DNA from: Candidatus Multivoradales bacterium
GTDB taxonomy: Bacteria > Acidobacteriota > Thermoanaerobaculia > Multivoradales > JAHEKO01
Length of the DNA stretch: 64,000 nucleotides
Reading direction: 5' to 3'
NCBI GenBank assembly: GCA_965248055.1
Contig: CBDFIJ010000004.1
Location: 96,001-160,000 of the forward strand
Of the stretch, positions 50,358-60,248 are shown piece by piece (position 1 is the stretch's first letter; every line of letters begins with the position of its first letter). Below the pieces are notes generated by a model, which saw only the letters and a list, made by a program, of their open reading frames with translations, had not been told where the DNA came from and did no database searches. The translations under genes were made by a program, and so were the position numbers.

Positions 50358-51665
50358 CTACTGGTCACGCTTGCGCCGGATGACTAAGCGAATCGGCACA
50401 CCGGGGAGCGCCAGTTCACTACGAACGAAGTTCTCCAGATAGCGTCGATAGGACGCCGCCCGGGGCAACGAACGGTTGGCAAACAACATGAATGTCGGCG
50501 GCCCGGTCTTGACCTGGGTGGCGTAGTACACCCGCCAGGGCTTATCGCCGATGGCCGGCGGATGATGACGCTCTAGGGCTTTCTCAAACATGCTGTTGAC
50601 TTGCGAGGTGGACAACTGGGTTTTGGAGGCTTCCCCAGCACGCACCACCGCCGGAAAAAGCTTGTCGATGCTGCGCCCGGTGAGTGCTGAAAGATTAACC
50701 CGCTCCGGGCCACTCAGGATCTCATCCAGCCGGGGATAGGACTCGTCGACCCTTTCCCTAACTTCACCAGAGACCAAGTCCCACTTGTTGACCGCGACCA
50801 CCGCGGACTTACCCTTCTCCCAAATCGCCCCGGCGATCCCGAGATCTCCCGAGACCACACCTTGAGCGCCGTCGACCACCAAGATCGCCACCTCACACTG
50901 TTCAATTTGGCGTCGCGCCATCATCACCGCTAAACCTTCTGGAGCATCGGAGACTTGGCTGCGCCGACGGATGCCAGCGGTATCCACCAGCCGATAATCC
51001 TTGTCCTCAAACTGAAAATGAGTATCGATCGGATCGCGTGTGGTCCCGGCTTGCGGCGACACCAGCACACGCTCTGACCCAACCAGCTGGTTGACGATGG
51101 ATGATTTGCCGACATTGGGGCGTCCGACCACCGCGATCGGGACGCCGACCGCAGCTCCGTCCGACTCGCTGGTCCCGGGAAGCACCGAAGCGATCAAGTC
51201 GCCCAGGTCGCCAGTACCGGTTCCATGTTCAGCGGAAATCTCGACGCTGTCGGCAATGCCCAGCCTGGCAAACTCGACCGCGTTCTGTTGTGTGATCTTG
51301 GCGTCGGCCTTGTTGATCGCCAGTACCGCGGGCCGGTTGCTGCGACGAATTTCGTGCCACACCGTCTGATCGGCAATGGTCAGACCTTCTTTACCGTCCA
51401 CCACCAAGACCACTAGGTCCGACTCTTCAATCGCCAGTCGTACTTGGTCGTTCATACCCAGGACGTCGTGGCCAAGAATCAGACCGCCGGTGTCAATCAG
51501 GGTGATCTCTCGAAAGCCGACTTCGGTATCGGCGACGATGCGGTCACGGGTCACTCCGGGCTGGTTGTGGACGATCGACTGCCGCCGACCCACGAGGCGG
51601 TTAAAGAGTGTGGACTTACCCACGTTGGGACGGCCGACGATGGCCACCACTGGAGTCGAAGACAT
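50358..51665 (-). CDS. der: Ribosome biogenesis GTPase Der (EngA)
   Basis: Two GRPNVGKS GTPase domains and a KH-like tail. Confidence 0.97.
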   Translation of the reverse strand: MSSTPVVAIVGRPNVGKSTLFNRLVGRRQSIVHNQPGVTRDRIVADTEVGFREITLIDTGGLILGHDVLGMNDQVRLAIEESDLVVLVVDGKEGLTIADQTVWHEIRRSNRPAVLAINKADAKITQQNAVEFARLGIADSVEISAEHGTGTGDLGDLIASVLPGTSESDGAAVGVPIAVVGRPNVGKSSIVNQLVGSERVLVSPQAGTTRDPIDTHFQFEDKDYRLVDTAGIRRRSQVSDAPEGLAVMMARRQIEQCEVAILVVDGAQGVVSGDLGIAGAIWEKGKSAVVAVNKWDLVSGEVRERVDESYPRLDEILSGPERVNLSALTGRSIDKLFPAVVRAGEASKTQLSTSQVNSMFEKALERHHPPAIGDKPWRVYYATQVKTGPPTFMLFANRSLPRAASYRRYLENFVRSELALPGVPIRLVIRRKRDQ

Positions 51666-51678
51666 GCTGCGGTCTCAG

Positions 51679-52155
51679 TTAGGTGTCTTGGCGCTGGCGA
51701 TACAACACCAGCCAACCGTTTTCCCCACGCTTCAGTTGATAACGTACGCGATCCTGGCGCTCTTCGGAGGAAAGCTCGTGCTGACCACCACCTGAGTACA
51801 ACTTAACGGTCCACGATTCTAGGGTCGTCACGTAAGCATTGGCGTGGCCCCAACTGGTGACGTCCTCGATGGTTAGGCCGTGGAACGTAGCGTGGATCTC
51901 CCGGCCCCCTTGGCGCACCTCCCGCACCCATTTCTCCACCACCGACATCTCCTTTTCTGCTGCCAATCCGTAGAGTGGGTAGGAGGTTCCGGTAGCGTAC
52001 GCCTCTGCCAGTTTTGGTAGGTACGCCTCGAGTGTGGATTGAATCTCCTGCCGCTCGGCCGCTGCTTTAACTTCCGGGTCTCCGCAAGCAGCCATCACCA
52101 ACAAGCCCCCGAGGAGTCCCAACCAAAGGTCTCTGCGCATGGTGTTTTTCATCAT
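51679..52155 (-). CDS. Hypothetical lipoprotein
   Basis: Signal peptide ending MAAC; likely start 52155 or 52152 just after the rnr stop. Confidence 0.7.
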   Translation of the reverse strand: MMKNTMRRDLWLGLLGGLLVMAACGDPEVKAAAERQEIQSTLEAYLPKLAEAYATGTSYPLYGLAAEKEMSVVEKWVREVRQGGREIHATFHGLTIEDVTSWGHANAYVTTLESWTVKLYSGGGQHELSSEERQDRVRYQLKRGENGWLVLYRQRQDT

Positions 52156-52162
52156 CGTCAGT

Positions 52163-54514
52163 TTACCGCCGCTTGCTGGGTCTATTCCTGCCGCTCTTGT
52201 TGCCACTGCCCTTACTGTCATTGCGTCGCTTGCTGGAGCCGCTATTCCCCTTGCTCGAGCCACCGGAACCACCACCGGAACCACCACTGGAAACACTTCC
52301 TCGTTGGCCTGGGCTCCTCCCCCGCCTATCTCGGAACGGTTCGGGCATGTCGGGAATTCCGAGGTCCAAACGTCGGAAGGCAATACTCACTCGTTTGATC
52401 TCTACTTCGAGTCGATCTCCTAGGGTGAAGGTCCGACCGTGGCGCAAGCCGATCCAGCGAAAGTTCTCAGGTTCCAACTGGTAGCGATCATCGCTGAGCA
52501 CTGATCGCTGCACTACCCCATCGACGATCAAATCATCCAATTCGACGAATAGGCCGACTTTGGCCACGCCAACGATGGTGCCTTGGTGGCACTCTCCTTG
52601 GGCATCTCCTAAGTAGCGTAGTTTCTTCACCAGTGTCAGCTCTCGCTCCGCTCGTTCAGCCCGCCTCTCGGTTTGGCTCGAGTGCGCGGCCAGTTCTTCA
52701 TATTGGGACGCCGGGGAAACCTCCTGAGTTCCGAACCCTGCTTCTTTTGAAGCACTAGAAGGTCCGGCAGCTTCAGCGGAGCCGTGTGCTTTCAGCGATC
52801 GATGCACTAGCAGGTCAGGATACCGGCGAATCGGCGAGGTGAAGTGGGTATAGTGGCGCAACGCCAAAGCGAAATGACCCAACGAGTCGTGGGCGTAGTA
52901 GGCCCTTTGCAAGCTACGCAGGATCAAGCGCCCGACTACGCTCTCCACTTGTCGCTCCTCCGCCTGGCTCAACAGTCGTTGTAACCCCTCGGGATGCAAG
53001 GATTCCAGCCCCTGTGGCGCTTCCAATCCCAACGCCCGTAAAGCAGTTGCCAGCTCTTCCACTGCCGCCGGGTCGGGTGGAGGGTGGACCCGGTGCACCG
53101 ACTCGATCTCCGACATCTCCAGTTCGGTTGCCACCGCCTCGTTGGCAGCCAGCATGAACTCCTCGATCAATCGATGCGCCCGACCCCGGCTCAACCGATG
53201 AATCGCGACCGGTACACCCTTCTGGTTGACTTCAACGCGGCTCTCAGGAATTTCCAGGTCGATGGCCCCGCGTTCTCGCCGGTCTTTAAGCCGATGCTCA
53301 AGTAGCTCGTTGGCGATTGTCAGCGTCTCGCTCAGGGCAGTCCCGGTGATCCCTTTGATCTCTTGCCGATCGAGATAGCGGTTGACCTCGTCATAGGTCG
53401 ATCGGCGATCACTTTGAATCACAGAAGGAAAGATTTTGCGAGCAACTAACTGGCCCGCACCATCGAAATCCAGTTGCGCCGTCATGGTGAGTCGAGGCAC
53501 ACCAGGCCGCAACGAACAGAGACCATTGGACAACCGTTCGGGAATCATCGGTACCACGCGGCCGGCAAAGTAGACACTGGTCCCGCGCAACCGAGCGTCC
53601 AGATCGATCGGACTGTCCAGTTGAACGTAGTGGGCAACGTCGGCAATGTGCACCCATAAACGGTAGCCACTACCTTTGCGCTCCAGTGAGATCGCGTCGT
53701 CAAAGTCTTTGGCATCGGCCCCGTCAATCGTCAGGGTCGGTAGAGTTCGAAGGTCTTTTCGTTGTTGACCGTCGCTCGGGTCTGGGTCCGTCGGCAACTC
53801 CGCTACCATGGCCAAAGTCGCTTCGCTGAACGCTTCGGGCAACTCATACTGGGCGATCACCGTGGCGGTGTCAGATGCTGGGTCAGCAAGCGCCCCCAGT
53901 ACTTTCACCAGTTCGCCCACGACCCCGCTGCGAAAATTGCGTTCGGTCAGGTTGGTCTCAACCACGGAGTCAACGTCAAGTTCTACATCGGCCAGCCAGA
54001 TCTCCAGGCGAAGTCGGGGGTCTAACGGTTTGACCAAGGTCCAAGGCCCAGCTTCCACCACAATTCCAACCATGCGCTGATGAGCACGCTTGAGCACCTT
54101 GCCAACCTTGGCTTCGGGTAACGAGCCGCCGCTTCGACCACCGCTCCCGCCGCCTCTGCGGCCGCCATTGCGACCGCTACCCCCACCTCGCTGCAGCGGG
54201 CGCACAGCGACCAAGTCACCATCGCGTGCCCCAGATAGCTCTCGCTGCGATACGAAGTAGGTCGCATCGCCGCGTGCTTCAGCCAGAACTAAAGAGTCTC
54301 CGCGTTCAAGTCGACGGATGATTCCCACCGACCATTCGCTTTTGCCGATCGAAACCCATCGATTGGACCACTCGATGCACTCTCCCTCACTCTGCAGTTG
54401 TTTCAGTTGGACCAGCAAATCTGCGGTATCGACGCCGGTCGCTTCGGCCAGTTGCTGTAGCGTCGCGCCCTTTTTGCCGATGCGAGAGAGCGTATGGTTG
54501 ATGCTTTCGTTCAT
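52163..54514 (-). CDS. rnr: Ribonuclease R
   Basis: TIDGADAKDFDDA, HIADV, IEEFMLAAN, HFTSPIRRYPDL, S1 domain and basic tail. Confidence 0.95.
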   Translation of the reverse strand: MNESINHTLSRIGKKGATLQQLAEATGVDTADLLVQLKQLQSEGECIEWSNRWVSIGKSEWSVGIIRRLERGDSLVLAEARGDATYFVSQRELSGARDGDLVAVRPLQRGGGSGRNGGRRGGGSGGRSGGSLPEAKVGKVLKRAHQRMVGIVVEAGPWTLVKPLDPRLRLEIWLADVELDVDSVVETNLTERNFRSGVVGELVKVLGALADPASDTATVIAQYELPEAFSEATLAMVAELPTDPDPSDGQQRKDLRTLPTLTIDGADAKDFDDAISLERKGSGYRLWVHIADVAHYVQLDSPIDLDARLRGTSVYFAGRVVPMIPERLSNGLCSLRPGVPRLTMTAQLDFDGAGQLVARKIFPSVIQSDRRSTYDEVNRYLDRQEIKGITGTALSETLTIANELLEHRLKDRRERGAIDLEIPESRVEVNQKGVPVAIHRLSRGRAHRLIEEFMLAANEAVATELEMSEIESVHRVHPPPDPAAVEELATALRALGLEAPQGLESLHPEGLQRLLSQAEERQVESVVGRLILRSLQRAYYAHDSLGHFALALRHYTHFTSPIRRYPDLLVHRSLKAHGSAEAAGPSSASKEAGFGTQEVSPASQYEELAAHSSQTERRAERAERELTLVKKLRYLGDAQGECHQGTIVGVAKVGLFVELDDLIVDGVVQRSVLSDDRYQLEPENFRWIGLRHGRTFTLGDRLEVEIKRVSIAFRRLDLGIPDMPEPFRDRRGRSPGQRGSVSSGGSGGGSGGSSKGNSGSSKRRNDSKGSGNKSGRNRPSKRR

Positions 54515-54532
54515 AATCTATTCAGAATCCGT

Positions 54533-54562
54533 TTGACATCTCATGGTTCGATGCCTCACAAT
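54533..54562 (+). promoter_or_regulatory. Sigma70-type promoter for tRNA-Leu
   Basis: TTGACA-18 bp-CACAAT followed by a GC-rich discriminator. Confidence 0.55.
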
Positions 54563-54571
54563 CCCGCCCGC

Positions 54572-54659
54572 GCGAAAGTGGCGGAATTGGTAGACGCGCA
54601 AGACTCAGAATCTTGTGGCCATTACGGTCGTGGGGGTTCAAGTCCCCCCTTTCGCACCA
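54572..54659 (+). tRNA. tRNA-Leu (CAG)
   Basis: GCGAAAG/CTTTCGC acceptor stem, CAAGA-CTCAGAA-TCTTG anticodon arm, long variable arm, CCA. Confidence 0.97.
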
Positions 54660-54756
54660 ACCTCCCCGTTGACTGAGGCGGTGGCTCGCTCCACCCAAGA
54701 TCCCCTTCCAAAAGATTCCATTCGTCGAGCGTCTCCCTATTGTCGCCAAAGTCTGC

Positions 54757-54774
54757 TTGTGACAATCTTCACAA
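54757..54774. promoter_or_regulatory. Rex operator (autoregulatory)
   Basis: TTGTGAC-AATC-TTCACAA versus consensus TTGTGAA-N4-TTCACAA, 20 bp before the rex ATG. Confidence 0.85.
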
Positions 54775-54794
54775 GCGCTGAACGGGATCACTCA

Positions 54795-55430
54795 ATGGCC
54801 GCAACACGCGACACCTCCGCCCTAACCCTCAACCGACTCTCCCTCTATTTGCGTGCGCTACGCTTACTGCAGCAGGCTGGCGTGGCTACCGTGTCTTCGG
54901 GCCAACTGGCCAAACGCTTGCACCTCTCCGCACCGTTAATTCGTAAAGACCTGGCTCAGTTCGGAGAGTTTGGCACCCGCGGAGTCGGCTACAACATCGA
55001 GCGGTTGATTCCTCGCCTGGTAGAGATTCTCGGCCTCGACCAAGAACGCACTTTGGTGATCGTCGGCATGGGGAACCTCGGCTCTGCATTGGCAGGATAC
55101 CTTGGTTTTAACACTGATGCCTTCAGGGTTTCCGCCATCTTTGACAACGACCCCAAAAAGATCGGCCGCGGCCATGGTGGCTTGACTATTCTGCCACCTA
55201 GAGAAATCGCCCGCGTGGTCGCTCAAGACCAAGTCGACCTCGGAGTGCTGACTGTCCCAGTCGAGGCGGCGCAGGAAAATTACGATCTGATGGTAGAGGC
55301 CGGGATCCTGGCGATTCTCAACTTTGCTCCAGTGTCCCTACGCGAACACGACGCGGTGCGCACCAAGAATGTTGATCTGCGGATTCACCTGGAAGAGCTC
55401 ACTTACTTCTTGGCCGGTACCAGCGCTTAA
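54795..55430 (+). CDS. rex: Redox-sensing transcriptional repressor Rex
   Basis: RLSLYLR, IRKDLAQFGEFGTRGVGY, GMGNLG, ILNFAP. Confidence 0.96.
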   Translation: MAATRDTSALTLNRLSLYLRALRLLQQAGVATVSSGQLAKRLHLSAPLIRKDLAQFGEFGTRGVGYNIERLIPRLVEILGLDQERTLVIVGMGNLGSALAGYLGFNTDAFRVSAIFDNDPKKIGRGHGGLTILPPREIARVVAQDQVDLGVLTVPVEAAQENYDLMVEAGILAILNFAPVSLREHDAVRTKNVDLRIHLEELTYFLAGTSA

Positions 55431-55457
55431 GCACCGCCGCGAAGCCCAGTCCCGCGC

Positions 55458-56003
55458 CTACCCCATCTTTCGACCATAGACAGCCAACCCAGAATCGCCG
55501 TACTTGCGATACCAGGTTTGCCGAAGTCCTGCGACGGATTCGGGCAAGGAAGTACTCGATCGTACTTCCACAGCGCACTCCCCCCGCTCGGCGAGCAGCG
55601 GCGCCACCGCCAACAGCAACCTATCAAGAGCGGTCAACTGATAGGGCGGATCGGCAAAGACTAAGTCGAAGGGACCATCGATCTCGGCCATGACTATGGG
55701 CAATTGCCCCAACTTCACGTTCAGATGGCTCACGTTCCAAGCTTCAGCCAAGTCGACAAGACGATCGGTGACCGCGCGGCTGCCATCAACTGCGACCGCG
55801 CTTTGCGCGCCGCGGCCCAGCACCTCAAGGGTCATCGCACCGCTGCCGGTGTAGAGGTCCAGGAACCGTGCGCCGGCGATCTTATCCTGCCAATGGGAGG
55901 CCAACGCCTCGCGCAATCGGCCGGAACTGGGGCGCACTCCCTTGGCAACGGCAATTCTGCGTCCGCCCCACTGACCGCCGGTAAGTCGTACTCCCGCTTT
56001 CAT
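55458..56003 (-). CDS. rsmD: 16S rRNA m2G966 methyltransferase
   Basis: VRPSSGRLREAL, LDLYTGSG, FADPPY. Confidence 0.9.
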   Translation of the reverse strand: MKAGVRLTGGQWGGRRIAVAKGVRPSSGRLREALASHWQDKIAGARFLDLYTGSGAMTLEVLGRGAQSAVAVDGSRAVTDRLVDLAEAWNVSHLNVKLGQLPIVMAEIDGPFDLVFADPPYQLTALDRLLLAVAPLLAERGECAVEVRSSTSLPESVAGLRQTWYRKYGDSGLAVYGRKMG

Positions 56004-56021
56004 CGTCGTCCACTTCCCCTG

Positions 56022-56699
56022 CTATTTGCTGGAAACCTTTTGGTACTGCCGAGGCAGGTCGTCCAAGGCGTCAATCACGATCAAAGGTTGAGAGACACCG
56101 TGCAGTTCCGCGCCCCGTCCGTCCCCTGTTGTGCCGTAGAACTCAAACAGGACGCCGTCCGAGCGGCGCCGGAGAAACGCTCCGATAGGCAATTCGCTCG
56201 CGCTCCAATCTGCGACCGGAGCGTTGAGGACGCGCTGCACCAAGTCATCCACCAGCCGATCCATGGTCGCCAGCCCGGGAGACAAAGTGTCCAAATTACC
56301 GTAGCGAATCAGCAGTTCTTGACCATGGCTATCCAGCTTCAGCTCACAGCTCTCCCCGCCGATCCCGGAGGGGGCGGAAGAACGCGTGGCATCTTCCCCG
56401 CGTTCGCTGACCGTCGTCGACTGGCGCAAGAGAGTCTCCAAAATCGTTTCGGTTTCCAGCGGGTCCAAAGACAGTCGTAGCAGGCGAGCCCGGGGCCCGG
56501 TGTCCAACTGCAGCCAGGCGGTACCGGGCTGAACCAAGGCGAATCTTTGATCTCCAGAGGGATGACGGCAAATCCGTTCAACCGGTGCAGGGCCGGTGTC
56601 ATCCAGGACCGCAGTCAATTGAGTCTCTTCGCCAGATTGCGCCCAAATGAATCCGGCCAAAAACATTGCTAGGGCCGCGGCGCCAGGAGAAATCTTCAC
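56022..56699 (-). CDS. Hypothetical exported protein
   Basis: 225-aa ORF with an N-terminal signal-like segment, overlapping the dnaE stop by 4 bp. Confidence 0.65.
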   Translation of the reverse strand: MKISPGAAALAMFLAGFIWAQSGEETQLTAVLDDTGPAPVERICRHPSGDQRFALVQPGTAWLQLDTGPRARLLRLSLDPLETETILETLLRQSTTVSERGEDATRSSAPSGIGGESCELKLDSHGQELLIRYGNLDTLSPGLATMDRLVDDLVQRVLNAPVADWSASELPIGAFLRRRSDGVLFEFYGTTGDGRGAELHGVSQPLIVIDALDDLPRQYQKVSSK

Positions 56700-59600
56700 G
56701 AGTTCAAGACCGGCGCTGGCGGCTCGGCGCTCACAGGTCTGTTATTTGGACTGGCATTTGGGTTGGCATTTGGCCTGGCATTGGGTTTCGCTTGCCTGGG
56801 ATGGACGCAGCCCGGCCCCAGAATTCTCTCCACCCGACTGACCAGATCATCACCAAAAGTCACTCCGTACTTTGGCGCACCCTGAATCTCGACTTCGGTT
56901 CCACTTGCTCTCAACAAGAACAGTACCGGAACTGAGCCGGGAGACTCGGTGAGGACATCGCGCAACTGCAGCATGGCGTCGCGGGCAAGATTGTCGCGCA
57001 CCACGATCGCAACCGACTGCATCCCGCCAACGTGGTTATCCAACAACTCCAGAGATTCCATCGCCAATTCGGGGTTGCCGCCCCGTTCCCGAACCACCCC
57101 TTTGACCAATACCCGCGCTCCTTCCTGCATCAGGTGGGCGTAACGTTGCATGGCATTGGCGAACGCGGTGGTGGACAGCCGTCCAAATTGGTCTTCAAGA
57201 ATAAAGCGACCCATCATCCGACCGGCGTTGCGCCCGCTCTTGATCTTCACCTGTTTCGGTTGCCCGACGATACCGCCGATCACGATCTGCCCTTCGTTGT
57301 CTTCGGCGATGTCGGCCGTGGTGTGGGTCGCCAGTTTGGCAACGACATCTGAGTACTCGGTGAGCGGATTACCCGTGAGATAGAAGCCCAACGAGTCTTT
57401 CTCATTCTGCAACCGCTCTTGCTCTTCCCACTCGGGCTGCGTGTTGTCCCACAGGGAGTCGCTTTCGACCGATTCGGCACCAAACAAGGACGACTGTCCT
57501 GCCTCTCGATCGCGCCACTTGCGTTGGCCATAGCCAACCGCCCGCTCCAGCGCCTCGTGCATCGATCGTCGACTGGCACCAAATGAATCCATCGCCCCCG
57601 ACTTGATCAATGCGTCTAAGGAACGAGAATTGATCGCTTGTGGGTCTACCCGGCTGACAAAATCGGGCAGATCAGAAAACGCACTTTGTTGGCGTCGCAC
57701 GTTGAGCACCGACTCGATCGCGCCATCACCAAGCCCTTTGATAGCGCCCAGTCCAAAGCGGATCGAATCATCACCGACGGTAAAAGACCACTCGCTGAGG
57801 TTGATATCCGGCGGCAGGACTTCGATGTCCATCTGCCGACATTCGTGAATGTACTGTCCGACCCGATCTTTGGAGGCCATTTCTGAGGTCAACATGGCGG
57901 CCATGAATGACACCGGGTGATGAGTCTTGAGAAAACCTGTCTTGTAGGCGAGAAGTGCGTAAGCAACACTGTGACTCTTGTTGAAACCATAGCCAGCAAA
58001 CGGTTCAATGTACTCCCACAACTCCACGGCTTTGTCCTTGGCGAACCCCTTGCTCTGCGCACCTTCGACAAATTTCTGCTTTTGCTGAGCCATCATCTCG
58101 ACGTGCTTTTTGCCCATTGCCTTACGCAAAACGTCGGCTTCCGCCATCGAGAATCCGCCGATTTCCACTGCCACCTGCATCACTTGCTCTTGATAAACGA
58201 TGACGCCGTAGGTTTCCTCCAGAATCGGCTCCATCTCAGGAAACAGGTACTTAACTTTGCTCCTGCCCTGCTTGCGCTCGGCAAAGGTGTCGGCCATGCC
58301 CACCGACAGGGCGCCAGGTCGAAACAATGCGTTGAGTGCTGCCAGATCTTCGAAACGGGAGGGCTGAGCCCTACGCAGAAGTTGCTTCATTCCCCGCGAC
58401 TCAAACTGGAACACCCCGTCGGTCCGGCCTTCGGCGAACAATTGGTAGGTAGCCTCGTCATCCAGAGGAAGGTGCTCCAAGTCGGGTTCGACTCCCTGTT
58501 GCTTCAGTAACTTGACCGCGTCGTCGATCACCGTCAGCGTGCGCAACCCGAGAAAGTCCATCTTCAGCAGGCCGAGATCCTCAATCACGTCCTTATCCCA
58601 CTGGGTGACGATTTCGTCTTTGCTGGTCTTGTAAAGCGGAACCAGTTCCTCAATCGGCCTGGGAGTGATCACCACTCCGGCTGCGTGCAGCGAAGCGTGC
58701 CGGGTCAATCCCTCGAGGCGACTGCCGGCTTCCACCACCCGGTGAACTTCCGGGTCATTGCGAATCTCAGCCGCTAGCGCGTCCACCTCACGGGCCGCTT
58801 GGGCTAGCGACTTGGTGTTTTCCGGCACCATTTTGGCCACGCGATCCACTTTGGCGTAGGGCAAGCCGAGCACGCGCCCGACATCGCGAATTACTGCGCG
58901 CGCAGCCAAAGTACCGAAAGTAATGATCTGGGCAACGTGGTCCCGACCGTACTTCTCGGCGACATACTGAATCACCTCGCCACGGCGGCGCATACAAAAA
59001 TCGATATCGATATCAGGCAGGCTCACCCGGTCTGGGTTGAGAAATCGCTCAAACAGCAGGTTGTACTGCATCGGGTCGATGTCGGTGATGCGTAGCGCGT
59101 AGGCAACCAGACTTCCTGCCGCAGAACCCCGACCAGGCCCTACCGGGATTCCTTCGTTTCGGGCATGGCGAATAAAGTCCCAAACGATCAGAAAGTAGCC
59201 GGCAAACCCCATTTCAAGAATGATCGAAAGCTCCTTATTGAGCCGCTCTTGATAAATATCGTCAGAGATTGCCGCGGCATCGTGAGCGCGGTCCTCAAAC
59301 CTTTCTCGCAATCCCTGTTGCACCATTTCGACTAAATAGCCGTCTAGATTTCGACCCTTTGGGACGGGGAAATCAGGAAGATGGAACTCCCCAGTGGGGA
59401 TTTCCAGATTGCAACGCTCAGCGATTAGCAGAGTATTCTCTAGAGCCTGGCGATCATTAGGGAATCTCTCGACCATCTCGTCCGCAGACTTGAAATAAAA
59501 GTTATCACTGTAGTACTTCAGCCGATCTGGATCGTCGTAGTTGCGTTGAGTGCCAACACAGAGCAAAACATCGTGGGCAAACGAGTCGGCCTGAGTTAGG

Positions 59601-60220
59601 TAATGACAGTCGTTGGTTGCCACCAGCGGTAGTTCTCGACGGCGGGCAATGTCGTGCAAGACTTCATTCACTGCAGCCTGCTCAGGAATGCCGTGGTCTT
59701 GCAACTCCAGGAAGAAGTTTCCTTCGCCCAAGATCTCCCGATAATTGCAAGCAGTCTCTTCCGCTCCGTCAATGTCTCCCGCCTGCACGGCTTCAGCAAC
59801 CTCTCCCGCCAGACACGCCGATAGCCCAATCAGCCCTTCTGCATGGTCGCGCAGGAGTTGGTGGTCGATCCTGGGCTTGTAATAGAAGCCTTCCAAGAAG
59901 GAACGCGAAGTGAGCTTGAGAAGATTGCGATATCCCGCTTCGTTCTGTGCCAGGAGCACCAAATGGTTGCGTCCCGAACGGGCCGGATTGCGGTCGGTAT
60001 GGGAGCCCTTAGCGACGTACGCTTCAATGCCAATAATGGGCTTCACTCCCCGCTTGCGCGCGGCGTTGTAAAACTCGATCGCCCCAAACAAGTTGCCATG
60101 GTCGGTGATCGCCACCGCCGGCATCTTCGCGGCGCTGGCGGCATCCATCAACTCATCGAGCCGATTGGCGCCGTCTAACAGGCTGTACTGGGTATGCAGG
60201 TGGAGATGAGCGAAGGACAT
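56696..60220 (-). CDS. dnaE: DNA polymerase III alpha subunit
   Basis: PHP HLHLHTQYSLLDG, GPGRGSAAGS, PDIDIDF, GLLKMDFLGL, YGFNKSH, OB fold. Confidence 0.98.
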   Translation of the reverse strand: MSFAHLHLHTQYSLLDGANRLDELMDAASAAKMPAVAITDHGNLFGAIEFYNAARKRGVKPIIGIEAYVAKGSHTDRNPARSGRNHLVLLAQNEAGYRNLLKLTSRSFLEGFYYKPRIDHQLLRDHAEGLIGLSACLAGEVAEAVQAGDIDGAEETACNYREILGEGNFFLELQDHGIPEQAAVNEVLHDIARRRELPLVATNDCHYLTQADSFAHDVLLCVGTQRNYDDPDRLKYYSDNFYFKSADEMVERFPNDRQALENTLLIAERCNLEIPTGEFHLPDFPVPKGRNLDGYLVEMVQQGLRERFEDRAHDAAAISDDIYQERLNKELSIILEMGFAGYFLIVWDFIRHARNEGIPVGPGRGSAAGSLVAYALRITDIDPMQYNLLFERFLNPDRVSLPDIDIDFCMRRRGEVIQYVAEKYGRDHVAQIITFGTLAARAVIRDVGRVLGLPYAKVDRVAKMVPENTKSLAQAAREVDALAAEIRNDPEVHRVVEAGSRLEGLTRHASLHAAGVVITPRPIEELVPLYKTSKDEIVTQWDKDVIEDLGLLKMDFLGLRTLTVIDDAVKLLKQQGVEPDLEHLPLDDEATYQLFAEGRTDGVFQFESRGMKQLLRRAQPSRFEDLAALNALFRPGALSVGMADTFAERKQGRSKVKYLFPEMEPILEETYGVIVYQEQVMQVAVEIGGFSMAEADVLRKAMGKKHVEMMAQQKQKFVEGAQSKGFAKDKAVELWEYIEPFAGYGFNKSHSVAYALLAYKTGFLKTHHPVSFMAAMLTSEMASKDRVGQYIHECRQMDIEVLPPDINLSEWSFTVGDDSIRFGLGAIKGLGDGAIESVLNVRRQQSAFSDLPDFVSRVDPQAINSRSLDALIKSGAMDSFGASRRSMHEALERAVGYGQRKWRDREAGQSSLFGAESVESDSLWDNTQPEWEEQERLQNEKDSLGFYLTGNPLTEYSDVVAKLATHTTADIAEDNEGQIVIGGIVGQPKQVKIKSGRNAGRMMGRFILEDQFGRLSTTAFANAMQRYAHLMQEGARVLVKGVVRERGGNPELAMESLELLDNHVGGMQSVAIVVRDNLARDAMLQLRDVLTESPGSVPVLFLLRASGTEVEIQGAPKYGVTFGDDLVSRVERILGPGCVHPRQAKPNARPNANPNASPNNRPVSAEPPAPVLNS

Positions 60221-60248
60221 AGGCGAATCCACCCAATGGTATGCCGGA

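Noticed and set aside
54615-54794. N-terminal extension of Rex in the ORF track
   Set aside because: It overlaps tRNA-Leu and the Rex operator; the ATG at 54795 fits better.
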